Part shown: one piece after another, positions 45,055 through 55,878 of the stretch | Numbering within the stretch: the stretch's first letter is position 1 | Layout of the letters: the number at the start of each line of letters is the position of its first letter | Source: Candidatus Marinacidobacterales bacterium | GTDB taxonomy: Bacteria; Acidobacteriota; Vicinamibacteria; Marinacidobacterales; DATDRI01 | Length of the DNA stretch: 64,000 bases | NCBI GenBank assembly: GCA_965219415.1 | Contig: CBDCNP010000002.1 | Span: 928,001 to 992,000, forward strand | Direction of reading: 5' to 3' | Made by a program: the position numbers and the translations under genes | Notes under the pieces: generated by a model | The model's input: the letters and a program-made list of their open reading frames with translations, nothing else | What the model was told of the DNA's origin: nothing | The model's database searches: none

Positions 45055-45297
45055 ACGCAGCTCGTAACCGGAATTCTCTTAGCTTGGGCGCTTCTGGAAC
45101 CACCCCTTTGCCCTGACGGCAAATAAGGCAGCGTTGGCAGAACAGGAGATCTGTCAGAAGTTTTTACGATGTAGGCTCCGCGCACGAACGCCCCTCGATA
45201 CAACGGTTTCAGAGACAAGAACACGAATCGGTCGACGCGGCGTCGCGATTCTTTCCAATGCTGATGCAACAATTTCGGCGACCATAGCCATCCCTGA

Positions 45298-45639
45298 TCA
45301 AGAAAACCAAGCTCGTCAACAAGAAGACGACACAGCCGGTCCTGGAACGGGATTTGCTTTACAGGCACGAGCTACAACGCTGAGTTTGGTACGGCGTTCT
45401 ACGAGAACTCGGTCGATGGGTTCGTTATCACGTCGACGCTGAGCCCGGTCGCCGGTCCGTATCTGACATCCTGGGATGATGAGTTCCGCTTTATTGGAGA
45501 TCCCCCGCTTCCCGGTGGGATCGTGGGCGGCGGAGGAACCATCCCCTTTTCGGGGGTGCCCGAGCCGAGCACCCACCTTTTGCTAGGAGTAGGGCTCGTC
45601 GGGCTCCTCGTTCGCCGATTCAGGACATCCGACGACTAG
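45298..45639 (+). pseudogene. 3' remnant of a PEP-CTERM protein
   Basis: Frame ends ...GTIPFSGVPEPSTHLLLGVGLVGLLVRRFRTSDD*; stop at 45295 upstream and no start codon or signal peptide. Confidence 0.75.
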
Positions 45640-45651
45640 AACCGACTCGAG

Positions 45652-46458
45652 TTACTGACACCGTCCACGCCGCCTGCGGATCTCGAGAGGTGTTGCCCCA
45701 AGGCTTCGTCGCAGTGCGCGTCCCATGTGGCTCTGGTCGTAGAACCCCGTCGAGAGCGCAATCTCCGAGAGCGGCACGTCGGTTTCGGTGAGCGTCCGGA
45801 CCGCCGCTTCCACCCGTAGCGCGCGAACGTATTCGCCGATGGAACATCCTCTCCACTTGCGAAACGCCCGCGCGAGATGCGCGGGGTGAACACCGCACTC
45901 GTTCGCCAGCTCGTCCAGGATGATGGATCGCCGGAACGTGTCGCGAATCAGCTCGTCGACTCGCGCCAACCATCTCGGTGGCCCCCCTGGCAGAGGTTTT
46001 CCTCGCGGGGTCGCGCGCGCCAGACTCACGATGAGCTCCAGCAAGGCCGCTTCGAGAGCAAGAGACGTCAGCTCGTCTCGCACTCGCCACTCACGGGCGG
46101 TGCGCCGCACGAGATGGCGCGCGCGCGGGTCGGAGACAATCCGCGGCTCGGAGAAAGAGTTCACGAATCGTTCCATCTCCGGGTCGTGAGGCGTTGATAG
46201 GGCAACCAACAGAGAGCGGGCGCCTTTGTCACCCACGCGATCGTGGTGGCGTTCGCCTCCTGGCTCCAGCACCAAGTCGAACGGGCCGCAGTGAAAGTGA
46301 CGGCGGGGATACACCTCCTCATACCGGCCCTCCAGGACGAGGCTCAGGAGTGGCGCGTCGTGAGTGTGCCAGGGAAGCACTTGCCCCGCCCCGTGCGTCT
46401 GATCGTCGATTCGAAAACGCGTCAGTTGAAGCAAATCGTGTCCCATCCTCAAGCCCAT
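45652..46458 (-). CDS. AraC family regulator (cupin plus HTH_18)
   Basis: LPWHTH, GVHPAHLARAF, EIALSTGFYDQSH; likely start ATG 46458 or 46446, or 5'-truncated. Confidence 0.88.
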   Translation of the reverse strand: MGLRMGHDLLQLTRFRIDDQTHGAGQVLPWHTHDAPLLSLVLEGRYEEVYPRRHFHCGPFDLVLEPGGERHHDRVGDKGARSLLVALSTPHDPEMERFVNSFSEPRIVSDPRARHLVRRTAREWRVRDELTSLALEAALLELIVSLARATPRGKPLPGGPPRWLARVDELIRDTFRRSIILDELANECGVHPAHLARAFRKWRGCSIGEYVRALRVEAAVRTLTETDVPLSEIALSTGFYDQSHMGRALRRSLGATPLEIRRRRGRCQ

Positions 46459-46461
46459 CCT

Positions 46462-46560
46462 GGCCAGGGCGGTTGCGGTGGCAAAGAAGGCAAGAACGAC
46501 TGCAAGGGTCAAGGCGGTTGTGAAGTTCCGCTGAATCCTGAGCACCAGAAGAAAAAGTAG
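46462..46560 (+). pseudogene. C-terminal part of a Cys/Gly-rich RiPP precursor for the DUF692 enzyme
   Basis: GQGGCGGKEGKNDCKGQGGCEVPLNPEHQKKK*; repeated GQGGC; directly upstream of DUF692. Confidence 0.75.
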
Positions 46561-46576
46561 TCGCCGTGTTCTGATA

Positions 46577-46604
46577 GGAGGCCACGGGCGCCCCCGTGGC
46601 CTCC
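46577..46604 (+). other. Perfect 12-bp stem-loop between precursor and DUF692
   Basis: GGAGGCCACGGG-CGCC-CCCGTGGCCTCC, no U-tract. Confidence 0.75.
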
Positions 46605-46643
46605 GTCGTTCGCTGCTGGTGTGGCTACACGAGCGTCCTTCCG

Positions 46644-47509
46644 ATGACAGACAATCGTTGGAACCTCCCCGATCTCGGGCTTGGGGTCGGTCTGCGTACC
46701 GTCCACTTCGGGCACGTCCTCGCCAATAATCCCGACGTCGATTGGTTCGAGATCCTATCCGAGAATTTCATGGACACAGGAGGAAGGCCGCTCTACGTGC
46801 TGGACCAGGTGGCGGAGCGCTATCCCATAGCCATGCACGGCGTGTCCATGAATATTGGCAGCCGCGACCCTCTTGACTGGGATTACCTGCGCAAGCTGAG
46901 GGAGCTTGCGGCGCGCGCCAAGGCGCATTGGATCTCCGATCACCTGTGTTGGACGGGAGTCGCGGGCCGGAACGTCCACGATCTCCTGCCAATGCCCTAT
47001 ACGGAAGAGGCGCTTCGTTACACGGTATCGCGGGTCAAAGAAGTCTCGGACTTTTTGGAACGACCGCTGATTTTGGAGAACGCGTCGACCTACCTGGAGT
47101 TTGAGTCCTCCGCGATGACGGAGTGGGACTTTCTGGTGCGGCTCCTCGAAGAGGCGAACTGTGGGATTTTGCTCGACGTGAACAACGTCTACGTCAGCTC
47201 TTTCAACCATGGATTCGATCCGCGCGTCTACATCGATGCCATCCCCGCCGACCGCATCGTCCAGTATCACCTCGCGGGACATAACGAACAAGGAGACTCA
47301 CATCATTGACACGCACAATGACCATGTGATCGACGAAGTCTGGGAGCTCTACCGACGGAGTTGCCGGCGAACCGGTGGTGTCGCGACGCTTCTCGAATGG
47401 GACGCCGACATTCCGGAGTTCGGGGTTGTGCACGACGAAAGTCCTGAAGGCCCGCGCCTATCGCGAGCCGGTGACCAAACCATTGGCGGCGAACACTCAT
47501 GGGAACTGA
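46644..47509 (+). CDS. DUF692 multinuclear non-heme iron oxidative enzyme (MbnB/TglH family), two frameshifts
   Basis: [52 protein letters not shown]. Confidence 0.93.
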
Positions 47510-48333
47510 GATCCGACTGGAACAGTTCCAGCGATGGATGCAGACGTTCATCGTGCACCCAGGTAGCGAGGAGGACGCGCTCGCCGCCGCGGCGTCGGAA
47601 GGGATCCCCACCGACGAGGTCACCAGGGTCATTCTTCCTTCATCGACACTGACATCGCTCGAGCGCGTGGGCGTCTATCGCGAAATGTATCTCCTTCGTC
47701 TCGCGGAAGCCCTGGACACGGACTACCCCGCACTCGCTCATTTCTTGGGTGGCGAGGCTTTCAACGATCTCGTCGCCGGCTACGTCGAGGCCTTCCCCTC
47801 GCGGAGCTATACCCTCAATCGTCTGGGAGATCACTTGCCGGAGTACATCCGTACCGCCCCGGGGATCGCGCGACGAGCGTTTCTCCATGATCTAGCACGA
47901 CTAGAGCTCGCCGTCAGCCAGGTCTTCGATGCACCCGAATCGCCGGTGCTCACCGAGGAACAAATCGCCCAGGTGCCGACAGAAGCTTGGGCGGACGCTC
48001 GGCTACGGCCCATCGAGGCCTTTCGCCTGCTCTCGTTTCAGTATCCGGTCAACGCATACCTAACGTCGGTGAAGGAAGACGACCACGATCATCCGAACGC
48101 CTCGGAAGAAGGACACGAGGGTCGCCATCTTCCGCCGCAACTACGCTTGTTGGCGCCTCGAGCTATCCCGGCCAGCCCACGACCTGCTCCAAGCCCTCGC
48201 CGCGGGGACCGCCCTGGGCGATGCGGTGGCTGCAACTCGGAAAAGGCGAGGACGAGGGGCGGTGGGCGAGGAACAGCTCTTTCGCTGGTTCCGGGATTGG
48301 GTGCGCGAAGGCATCTTCCAGTCCGTCGAATAG
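47499..48333 (+). CDS. DUF2063-type partner of DUF692, frameshift near 48105
   Basis: RVGVYREMYLLRLAEAL..DYP, YTLNRLG, DLARLE; overlaps the DUF692 stop. Confidence 0.85.
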
Positions 48334-48537
48334 TCACCAGGTGCCACCCACCTGGTAAGCCCCTTGTTAGCCGCACTTGGGTTTCTCCCCACTCGACGCT
48401 AACCTTGTTTGGGTCAGGTCTTTCCGATTGGGCGCAATCTCGCCTTCTCAAAGAGGGTTTCCTACCTTTTTCACGGGCCACTCGGATCCTCAACCAGTTA
48501 ACCCCCTTGTTCATATCCTTTAAGGCACGAACTAGAC

Positions 48538-48566
48538 TTGTTTCGGGCAAGGCGTTTGAGTAGAAT
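48538..48566 (+). promoter_or_regulatory. Putative sigma70 promoter of the ABC operon
   Basis: TTGTTT-N17-TAGAAT; SD AAGGAGGT before ATG 48653. Confidence 0.55.
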
Positions 48567-48652
48567 CGGGCGTTCCCGCCAGGGCTTGAAGGCGCTCGGA
48601 ACGAGCTCAGCCGCCCAGGCCCAAAAGAACCCTTTAAGGAGGTATAAGCTCC

Positions 48653-49423
48653 ATGGAACCCGCTTCCACGAAACCGATGATCGAAGCGCAAGGCCTGACC
48701 AAGTACTACGGCCCCTTCGTCGCCACAGAGAACATCAGCTTTTCTATTCCGGAAGGACAGATCGTCGCTTTCCTGGGACCAAATGGTGCCGGTAAAACCA
48801 CGACGATGAAGATGCTAACCGGCTATCTCGCACCGAGTGCTGGTGCCGCACGAATCGCCGGGCTCGACGTGCACAAAGAGCGCATCGAGGCGGCCAAGAA
48901 GCTCGGCTATCTTCCCGAGAACGGCCCCCTCTACCCCGACATGACGCCGAAGGAGCTCCTCTTATTCTTCGGCGAAGCTCGTGAGATGGGCCCGCAACTC
49001 CTGAAGGAGCGTCTCGACTTCGTTCGCAGCCTGTGCGCACTCCATCAGGTGATGGAGAAGCCCATCGGCAAACTCTCACGGGGGCTCAAGCAGAGAGTGG
49101 GGCTTGCGCAGGCGCTGCTTCACGATCCGGAGGTCCTGATCATGGATGAGCCTACCGCGGGACTGGATCCGAATCAGATCCGGGAGTTCCGCGAGAACAT
49201 CCGCAACCTCGGGAGTAACAAGACGATCCTCATCTCGACGCATATCCTGCAAGAGGTAGACGCGATCGCGGACTACGTGCTCTTCGTTCACAACGGACGA
49301 CTGGTGTTCGAAGGTACTCCTCGGGAACTGCAAGAAGAAGGGTCTCTCGAGAAGCGATTCTACCGATTGACCTCAACCATCGCGCCGGATACCGAGACTG
49401 CCGCCGCCGGCGAGGCGTCGTGA
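48653..49423 (+). CDS. ABC transporter ATP-binding protein (GldA-like)
   Basis: GPNGAGKTT, LSRG, MDEPT, STH. Confidence 0.95.
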   Translation: MEPASTKPMIEAQGLTKYYGPFVATENISFSIPEGQIVAFLGPNGAGKTTTMKMLTGYLAPSAGAARIAGLDVHKERIEAAKKLGYLPENGPLYPDMTPKELLLFFGEAREMGPQLLKERLDFVRSLCALHQVMEKPIGKLSRGLKQRVGLAQALLHDPEVLIMDEPTAGLDPNQIREFRENIRNLGSNKTILISTHILQEVDAIADYVLFVHNGRLVFEGTPRELQEEGSLEKRFYRLTSTIAPDTETAAAGEAS

Positions 49424-52140
49424 TGCTGAAGAACGTCAACTTCAACATCGTGCGTGCCATCGCGAGACGCGATCTGCGGATGTATTTCAGCAACCCCACG
49501 GGCTACGTGTTCATCACACTCTTCATCTTTCTGAGCGCAGCGGCTGCCTTCTGGCAGGATCGTTTCTTTCTGAACAACCTCGCGAACTTGGACCAGCTCT
49601 ACGCAATCTTCCCGTACCTCCTGGTGTTCTTCGTCCCGGCGCTGACGATGTCGGTCTGGGCGGAGGAGAAGAAACAAGGCACCGACGAGCTCTTGTTCAC
49701 GCTCCCCGCCACCGACCTCGAGATCGTTCTCGGCAAGTACTTCGCGACCCTGTCCATATACACGGCGTCGCTCGTCCTCTCGTTGAGTCACGTTCTGGTC
49801 CTGCTGTTTCTCGGCAGTCCCGATCTGGGGCTGATGGCGGCGAACTACTTGGGCTTCTGGCTAGTCGGGGCGGCGCTCATCGCCGTCGGAATGCTTGCTT
49901 CCCAGCTCTCGTCCAACGTAACGATCGCGTTCATCCTGGGCGCCGTCTTTTGCGGTATGGGCGTCTTCATCGAGCCGGCTGCGGAAAGCCTGAGCACCGG
50001 GCTCGCGCGACTCGTCGAGCCTTTGGGCATTTCTGCACACTTCGAGGAGTTCGGCCGGGGGGTCGTGAGCTTCACCGGTCTTCTGTACTTTCTTTCGATC
50101 GCGGGGCTCTTCTTGTACCTCAATGTGCTCCTCGTGAGTCGGAGGCACTGGCCGCGCGAGGCGGAGGGAGTGGGCATGGCGACGCACCATATGGTCCGCA
50201 CCGTCTCCATAGTCATTATCCTCGTCAGTGCGATCGCCATTATTGGTCGTCTCGGCCTGCGCGCCGACACCACGGCGGAGAGGCTCCACTCGCTGAGCCG
50301 CGAGACGAAGAACCTCTTGGGGCAGATTGACGACGACCGGCCGGTCTTCGTTCAGGCCTACATCAGCCCCGAGGTGCCCGAACAATACGTCCAGACCCGG
50401 GCCAACGTTCTCGGACTCCTCAAGGAAATGTCCTCTGGGAGTGGAGGCCGAGTGCAGATAGCCATCTACGATACAGAGCCTTTCAGCGAAGAGGCACGAG
50501 AGGCGCGGGAGAAGTTCGGCATCCAGCCCCGCGAGATCCCGAGCCTCCAGAGTGCGCGAGCGGGCTTTACCGAAGTCTTCCTCGGGCTGGCGTTCACCTG
50601 CGGCGGCAAGGAGCAAGTCATCCCGTTCTTCGATCGCGGGTTGCCCGCCGAATACGAGATCGTCCGCAGTATCCGAGTCGTCGCGAACACCGAACGCAAG
50701 AAAATCGGTGTCATTACGACCCAGCTCCGTCTCTTCGGCGGACTCGACTTCAACACCATGCAGTCGACACCGGCTTGGTCCGTGGTCGAAGAGCTGAAGA
50801 AGCAGTACGACGTTGCGCAAATCGCGCCCTCGAGCGCGATCACGGTAGAAGTCGACGGGCTACTCGTTGCTCTTCCCTCTTCTCTTACGCAAGAAGAGAT
50901 GAACAATGTCCTCGCCTTCATCAAGCAGGGTACGCCGACTCTTCTTCTCGTCGATCCTCTGCCAATCGTGAACCTGGGTTTGGCACCGTCGGAGCAACCG
51001 GGCGCTAACACGAATCCCTTCATGCGTCAGGGACAGCCGCCGCCGCAACCGAAGGGCGACATTCGAACGTTCATGAGCGAGCTGGGCTTCCACTGGGACC
51101 CTACGGTGATCACGTGGGATGGCTATAATCCCCATCCCGATCTCGCACACTTACCCTTCGAGGTCGTGTTCCTCGGCCGAGGCAACGAGAACGAAGATGT
51201 GTTCAACCCGAGCCACACCGCAACGTCGGAGCTCCAGCAGCTCGTCCTCCTCTACCCCGGCCAAATAGAGTCAGCCTCCAAAGAGGGACTGACCTATCGC
51301 CCGCTCCTTCAATCCGGAACACTCTCGGGAAATTTCCCCTACTTCCAGATGGTGCAGCGAAATTTTCTCGGGGCGACATTGAATCGCGACTTGCCACACC
51401 GTCCCGATCCGATGGTCCATACGCTCGCCGCGGAGGTTCGAACTGACGCCGAAGGTGCAGAAGAAAGCGCCGCCGGCGAAGAAGAACCAGAGAAGGATGA
51501 GGAGAGCTCCGAGGGCTCGCCACCACTTCACGTCATCGCGATCACCGATCTCGACTTCATCTCCCAGCAATTCTTCGAGATCCGCCGTGTGGGCCCCGCT
51601 AACTTGAACTTCGACAACGTGACGATGTTCCTGAACGCCATGGACACGCTCGTCGGCGACGAGTCGTTCGTCGCGCTGAGGAACCGGCGCGTCCGGCACC
51701 GGACACTCGCGCGTGTGGAAGACCAAACGCGGGCGTTCATCGAGCAGCGCACCCAGGAGGAAGGCGAAGCGGAGCGCCGAGCCGAGGAAGCGCTCGCCGA
51801 TGCCCAGAAGCGTCTCGACGAACGCGTGGCGGAAGTGCAGAACCGGGACGACCTCGACGCGAAAACGAAACAGATCATGGCCCGCAACCTCCAGGAGGTA
51901 GAGAACCGCCGGTTCGAAGTGCTCAAGGCCAACATCGAAGCCGAAAAGGAAGTCGAGGTTCGAGCCAGCGAGGAGAGAATGGAATCTCAGATTCGCCGCA
52001 TTCAGAGCGGAATCCGGACCTCCGCCGTGCTCATCCCGCCCATTCCCGTTTTCTTACTCGGGGTCTACATTTTCATACGAAGGCAGGAAAGCGCGCGAGA
52101 AGGCGCGGCAGCGGCTCGACGGCTGCGGGAGGGAGCATAA
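49420..52140 (+). CDS. ABC-2 permease fused to GldG-like auxiliary domain (GldF-GldG-like)
   Basis: YFSNPTGY, PALTM, EEKKQGTDELL; then D.T.ER.HSLS, EYEI, DLDFIS, NAMDTL; C-terminal coiled coil and TM. Confidence 0.88.
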   Translation: MMLKNVNFNIVRAIARRDLRMYFSNPTGYVFITLFIFLSAAAAFWQDRFFLNNLANLDQLYAIFPYLLVFFVPALTMSVWAEEKKQGTDELLFTLPATDLEIVLGKYFATLSIYTASLVLSLSHVLVLLFLGSPDLGLMAANYLGFWLVGAALIAVGMLASQLSSNVTIAFILGAVFCGMGVFIEPAAESLSTGLARLVEPLGISAHFEEFGRGVVSFTGLLYFLSIAGLFLYLNVLLVSRRHWPREAEGVGMATHHMVRTVSIVIILVSAIAIIGRLGLRADTTAERLHSLSRETKNLLGQIDDDRPVFVQAYISPEVPEQYVQTRANVLGLLKEMSSGSGGRVQIAIYDTEPFSEEAREAREKFGIQPREIPSLQSARAGFTEVFLGLAFTCGGKEQVIPFFDRGLPAEYEIVRSIRVVANTERKKIGVITTQLRLFGGLDFNTMQSTPAWSVVEELKKQYDVAQIAPSSAITVEVDGLLVALPSSLTQEEMNNVLAFIKQGTPTLLLVDPLPIVNLGLAPSEQPGANTNPFMRQGQPPPQPKGDIRTFMSELGFHWDPTVITWDGYNPHPDLAHLPFEVVFLGRGNENEDVFNPSHTATSELQQLVLLYPGQIESASKEGLTYRPLLQSGTLSGNFPYFQMVQRNFLGATLNRDLPHRPDPMVHTLAAEVRTDAEGAEESAAGEEEPEKDEESSEGSPPLHVIAITDLDFISQQFFEIRRVGPANLNFDNVTMFLNAMDTLVGDESFVALRNRRVRHRTLARVEDQTRAFIEQRTQEEGEAERRAEEALADAQKRLDERVAEVQNRDDLDAKTKQIMARNLQEVENRRFEVLKANIEAEKEVEVRASEERMESQIRRIQSGIRTSAVLIPPIPVFLLGVYIFIRRQESAREGAAAARRLREGA

Positions 52141-53504
52141 TGGAGACCAAGAGCGAGTTGAAGTTGACGAAGACCCTCGCAGGGGCCGCGGTGCTTCTCG
52201 CGCTGGTGGCCGTTCTTACGGCCCCGAAAAACATCACTCCCAATGCCTTCCTCGACCAAGGTGAGCCTTTCTTCCCCGAATTCCAAGACCCCAACGTTGC
52301 GCGCACGCTGGAGGTCATCGAGTTCGACGACCAGACGGCTGCGGCGCGGCCCTTCAAAGTTACTAACCAGAACGGTCTCTGGACGATCCCGTCCCATCAC
52401 AACTACCCCGCCGATGGTAAGGACCGCCTGGCGGAGACGGCCGCCGGCGTCATCAGCATCGTGAAGGACGACTACCGCTCCGACAACGTGGCAGATCATG
52501 AAGCATTGGGTGTCGTCGACCCTCTCGACGAGACCACCACGAGCCTCCAGAGCCGTGGCAAGCGCATCACCATCAAGGGAGACAACGAAGTCGTTCTCGC
52601 CGACCTCATCATTGGCAACCCGCTCGAGGGGCGCGACGGCTTTCGCTTCGTCCGTGTCCCCAATCAGAAGCGTGTCTTCGCCGCGAAGCTCGACACCGAG
52701 ATCTCGACCAAGTTCGAGGACTGGATCGAGAAGGACCTGTTACAGGTCGAACGGAGCAAGATCGACCAGGTCGTGCTCAAAGACTACTCCATCAACGAGC
52801 GCACTCTCATGGTGGACATGCGTGACACGGTCAACCTCGCGAAAGACGGAAGCGACTGGAGCATGGCTGGTACGCCGGGAGGCCAGGAGCTGGACACGAC
52901 TAAGTGGAACTCACTCTTGCAAGAGGTCGATAGTCTCGAGATCGTCGGAGTGCGGCCCAAACCGGAGGGTATCGACGAACGACTTTCCGGCCTAACGATC
53001 TCGCGGTCGGACGTACTGTCTCTTCAGGACCGAGGCTACTATCTGACCCGGAGCGGTCAGCTTCTGTCGAACGAGGGTGAGCTTCAGCTACGCACGAGCG
53101 GAGGCATTCTCTACACGCTCAGGTTCGGAGAGGTCCTCTTCGGAACCGGCGAAGCCATCAGCGCCGGAGCGGACAGCCCGTCCGACGAGTCGAGCGGGCC
53201 GGGTGAGAACCGCTATCTCTTCATCACGGCGGACTTCGACCCCTCAGTTCTTCCCGAGCCCCCGAAGCCCGCGAACGAGGACTTCGAAGACAAGGAAGAG
53301 GGCGACCTGACCGACGCCGACAAGGAGAACAAGAGGCTCGCCGACGAGCACAAGGCATGGGGAGAGGGCGTTGAAAAAAGCAAAGAGAAAGCGGCAGCTC
53401 TCTCGAAGCGCTTCGCCCCGTGGTACTACGTCATCGCCTCTGACAGCTTCGACAAGATCCACCTGGAGCGAAAGGACCTGTTGAAAAAACAGGAAGAGAC
53501 TTGA
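52140..53504 (+). CDS. DUF4340 domain protein
   Basis: N-terminal TM, YPAD motif; usual third gene of Gld-like ABC operons. Confidence 0.75.
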   Translation: METKSELKLTKTLAGAAVLLALVAVLTAPKNITPNAFLDQGEPFFPEFQDPNVARTLEVIEFDDQTAAARPFKVTNQNGLWTIPSHHNYPADGKDRLAETAAGVISIVKDDYRSDNVADHEALGVVDPLDETTTSLQSRGKRITIKGDNEVVLADLIIGNPLEGRDGFRFVRVPNQKRVFAAKLDTEISTKFEDWIEKDLLQVERSKIDQVVLKDYSINERTLMVDMRDTVNLAKDGSDWSMAGTPGGQELDTTKWNSLLQEVDSLEIVGVRPKPEGIDERLSGLTISRSDVLSLQDRGYYLTRSGQLLSNEGELQLRTSGGILYTLRFGEVLFGTGEAISAGADSPSDESSGPGENRYLFITADFDPSVLPEPPKPANEDFEDKEEGDLTDADKENKRLADEHKAWGEGVEKSKEKAAALSKRFAPWYYVIASDSFDKIHLERKDLLKKQEET

Positions 53505-53688
53505 GCTTGTACCTCTCCCCCCCTGGGGAGAGGTCGGCCGCCAAAGGCGGCCGGGTGAGGGGACTTGAGCTTGTACCTCTCCCCCCTGGGGAGAGGTCGG
53601 CCGCCAAAGGCGGCCGGGTGAGGGGACTTGAGCTTGTACCTCTCCCCCCTGGGGAGAGGTCGGCCGCCAAAGGCGGCCGGGTGAGGGG
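53498..53688. repeat. Three tandem 63-64-bp REP-like units
   Basis: Unit GACTTGAGCTTGTA-CCTCTCCCC(C)CCTGGGGAGAGG-T-CGGCCGCC-AAA-GGCGGCCG-GGTGAGGG, starting at 53498, 53562 and 53625. Confidence 0.95.
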
Positions 53689-53750
53689 TGGGCGACTCCG
53701 ATGAGCTCGGTAGCCTCGCGCGTAATCTTTCCTTGCGGCTCGCCCAGCGA

Positions 53751-55591
53751 ATGGCAAAGATGACCTCGATGGGCCAAACGATCCGAGATCGCTTCGCGGC
53801 GCTAATCGCATCCCCCCGAATCGTACTCGTCGCGGTTGGCGTCGCCATGCTTCTGAACCTTCCCTCGAATTCCAACCGGTTGGTACTTGGACGACCTCGT
53901 GCACCGCGCCCAGTTTCTCGACGTCGGCCCCCTGAGCGATTCGTCTGAAATGACCCATCGCATGTTCGACTTTCTGTCCGGTGATCCCGAGGAAGTCTTG
54001 GCATACAAGGACCTGGGCGTCTTGCCCTGGTGGTCCGAAGACCAATTGAAGATTCGCTTCTGGCGGCCTCTCTCTTCGTTCACGCACGTCATCGACTACC
54101 GCCTTTGGCCGGACAGCGGTGCCGGGATGCACCTACACAGCCTGGCTTGGTTGGCGAGCCTCATCGCCGCAACCGCCCTGCTATATCGCCGCCTGATTGC
54201 GGCTCCCATCGTTGCCGGACTCGCGGCGCTCCTCTATGCGCTCGACGACGCACACGGGATGCCCGCCGCCTTTCTCGCCAACCGCAACGCAATCGTGGCA
54301 GCGTTTTTCGGGGTGCTCAGCCTTGGGTGGCACGATCGTCATCGGCGGGACGGATGGACTGCTGGTGCCATCCTGAGCCCCCTCGCCTTGTTGGCGGCGC
54401 TCTTGGCGGGCGAGAGTGGCATCGGGATGACGACCCTACTTACTCGGTTACGCGCTCTTTCTGGAGCGACAAACCGGCCCCTCCCGCTTCGCGAGCATCG
54501 CCCCGCACGCGGTCGTCGGAATCGTCTGGCTTGTCTTCTACAAGATAGGCGGATACGGAACTTTCGGTAGCGGCTTCTATTTGGATCCCATCGGCCAACC
54601 GGCCGAATGGTTCCCGCAGTTCCTGGTCCGGGCTCCCCTTTTACTGTTAGGCCAGTGGTTCCTGCCTCCTGCGAGCTTTGCCTTCGCCTGGACGCCGGCA
54701 CAAACGCTGGCCGTGGCCACGTTTGGAGTCGTTTTCCTGACGCTTGTCTTCATGCTTCTACGGCCCATCCTGAAACAAGATCCGACGGCGCGCTTTTTCG
54801 CCTTCGGAATGCTGCTCGCGGTCGTTCCCATAACGGCTGGATTCCCCCATGACCGGCTTCTATTCTTCGTCGGGATAGGAGCCATGGCGCTGCTCGCGAT
54901 GTTGCTGATCCGGCTTTTCGACCGTTCGATAACCCCCGGCTTCAGTCGCCACCTCTTCGTCTGGGTGATGGTCTTCGTGCACGTTTTCATGGCGGCGCCG
55001 TTCCAGATAGTGATGAACACGGCGGTCGCCGACCAAGAGCCCTTTTACGCGGATGCGCCTCGAAGTCTCCCAGACGATCCCGCGCTCGAGAACCAGAGAC
55101 TGCTCATCGTCAATACTCCCAATGCCTTCTACGCGCAGTACACGTTGATCATCCGCTTGTTCGATTCGAAGCCAACTCCCGAGAACATCCTACTGATGGC
55201 GCCTGGAGCGACAACCCTGACCGTAACCCGCCTCTCCCAACACAGTCTGTCCATCGAGGCGGAGGCCGGGTGGCTCGCCTCGCCCTTCGACATCGTCTAC
55301 CGCGACAGCGCGCGCGCGGTCCCGGAAGACTACCAAGTCCAGCTTTCGGGCGTTCGGATCCAGGTGGCCACTTTGACCCAGGACGGGCGACCCAAGAAAG
55401 TGAACTTCACGTTCGACGACGTGCTGGAGGATGAGTCCATGCGATGGGTGCGCTACCAGGACGGACAATTCGTCCCGTTTGAGGTACCCGCGGTTGGCCA
55501 GACGACCGTCATCGAGGCGGTTCCCTTCGATCTGTTTTCCCCACCGGACTCAAAGCGGCCAAGATCTGCTGGGTTTCCGTCCGGTGGATGA
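53751..55591 (+). CDS. Multi-TM membrane protein, probable GT-C glycosyltransferase-like, two frameshifts
   Basis: LDD after the first TM, FWRPLS, ANRN, AGESG, PHDRLLF across three ORFs. Confidence 0.6.
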
Positions 55592-55862
55592 CCGCGGGCG
55601 CACGCTCGAAAGCGACGCCGCGGGAACTGAGGGTGTGGTGGGCCTTCTCCATGTCAGCAACCTTGTAATAGATGATAGAAGCCGGATGATCGAGCTCGTT
55701 CGTCTCGGGAAGAGCAAGCATGAGCCTCACCTCCCCGCACTTGAAAAACCCCATCCCGGGCGCCTCGAACAAGAACTGCATCTCTAACACGTCGCGATAG
55801 AACGAAACCGCGCGATCGAGGTCGTGTACGTTGACGGCAATCTGACCGATTTCCGAAAGCAT
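55509..55862 (-). CDS. VOC/glyoxalase family protein
   Basis: IGQIAVNVHDLDRAVSFYRDVL, FFKCGEVRLML; atypical C-terminus. Confidence 0.85.
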   Translation of the reverse strand: MLSEIGQIAVNVHDLDRAVSFYRDVLEMQFLFEAPGMGFFKCGEVRLMLALPETNELDHPASIIYYKVADMEKAHHTLSSRGVAFERAPAVIHRTETQQILAALSPVGKTDRREPPR

Positions 55863-55878
55863 CCCGCCCCTCCTGAAT

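Noticed and set aside
46459-46545. Hydrophobic signal-like N-terminus of AraC
   Set aside because: It is the antisense reading of the Lys/Gly/Cys precursor codons.
53498-53688. CRISPR array
   Set aside because: Units are identical end to end with no unique spacers, and there are no cas genes in the window.
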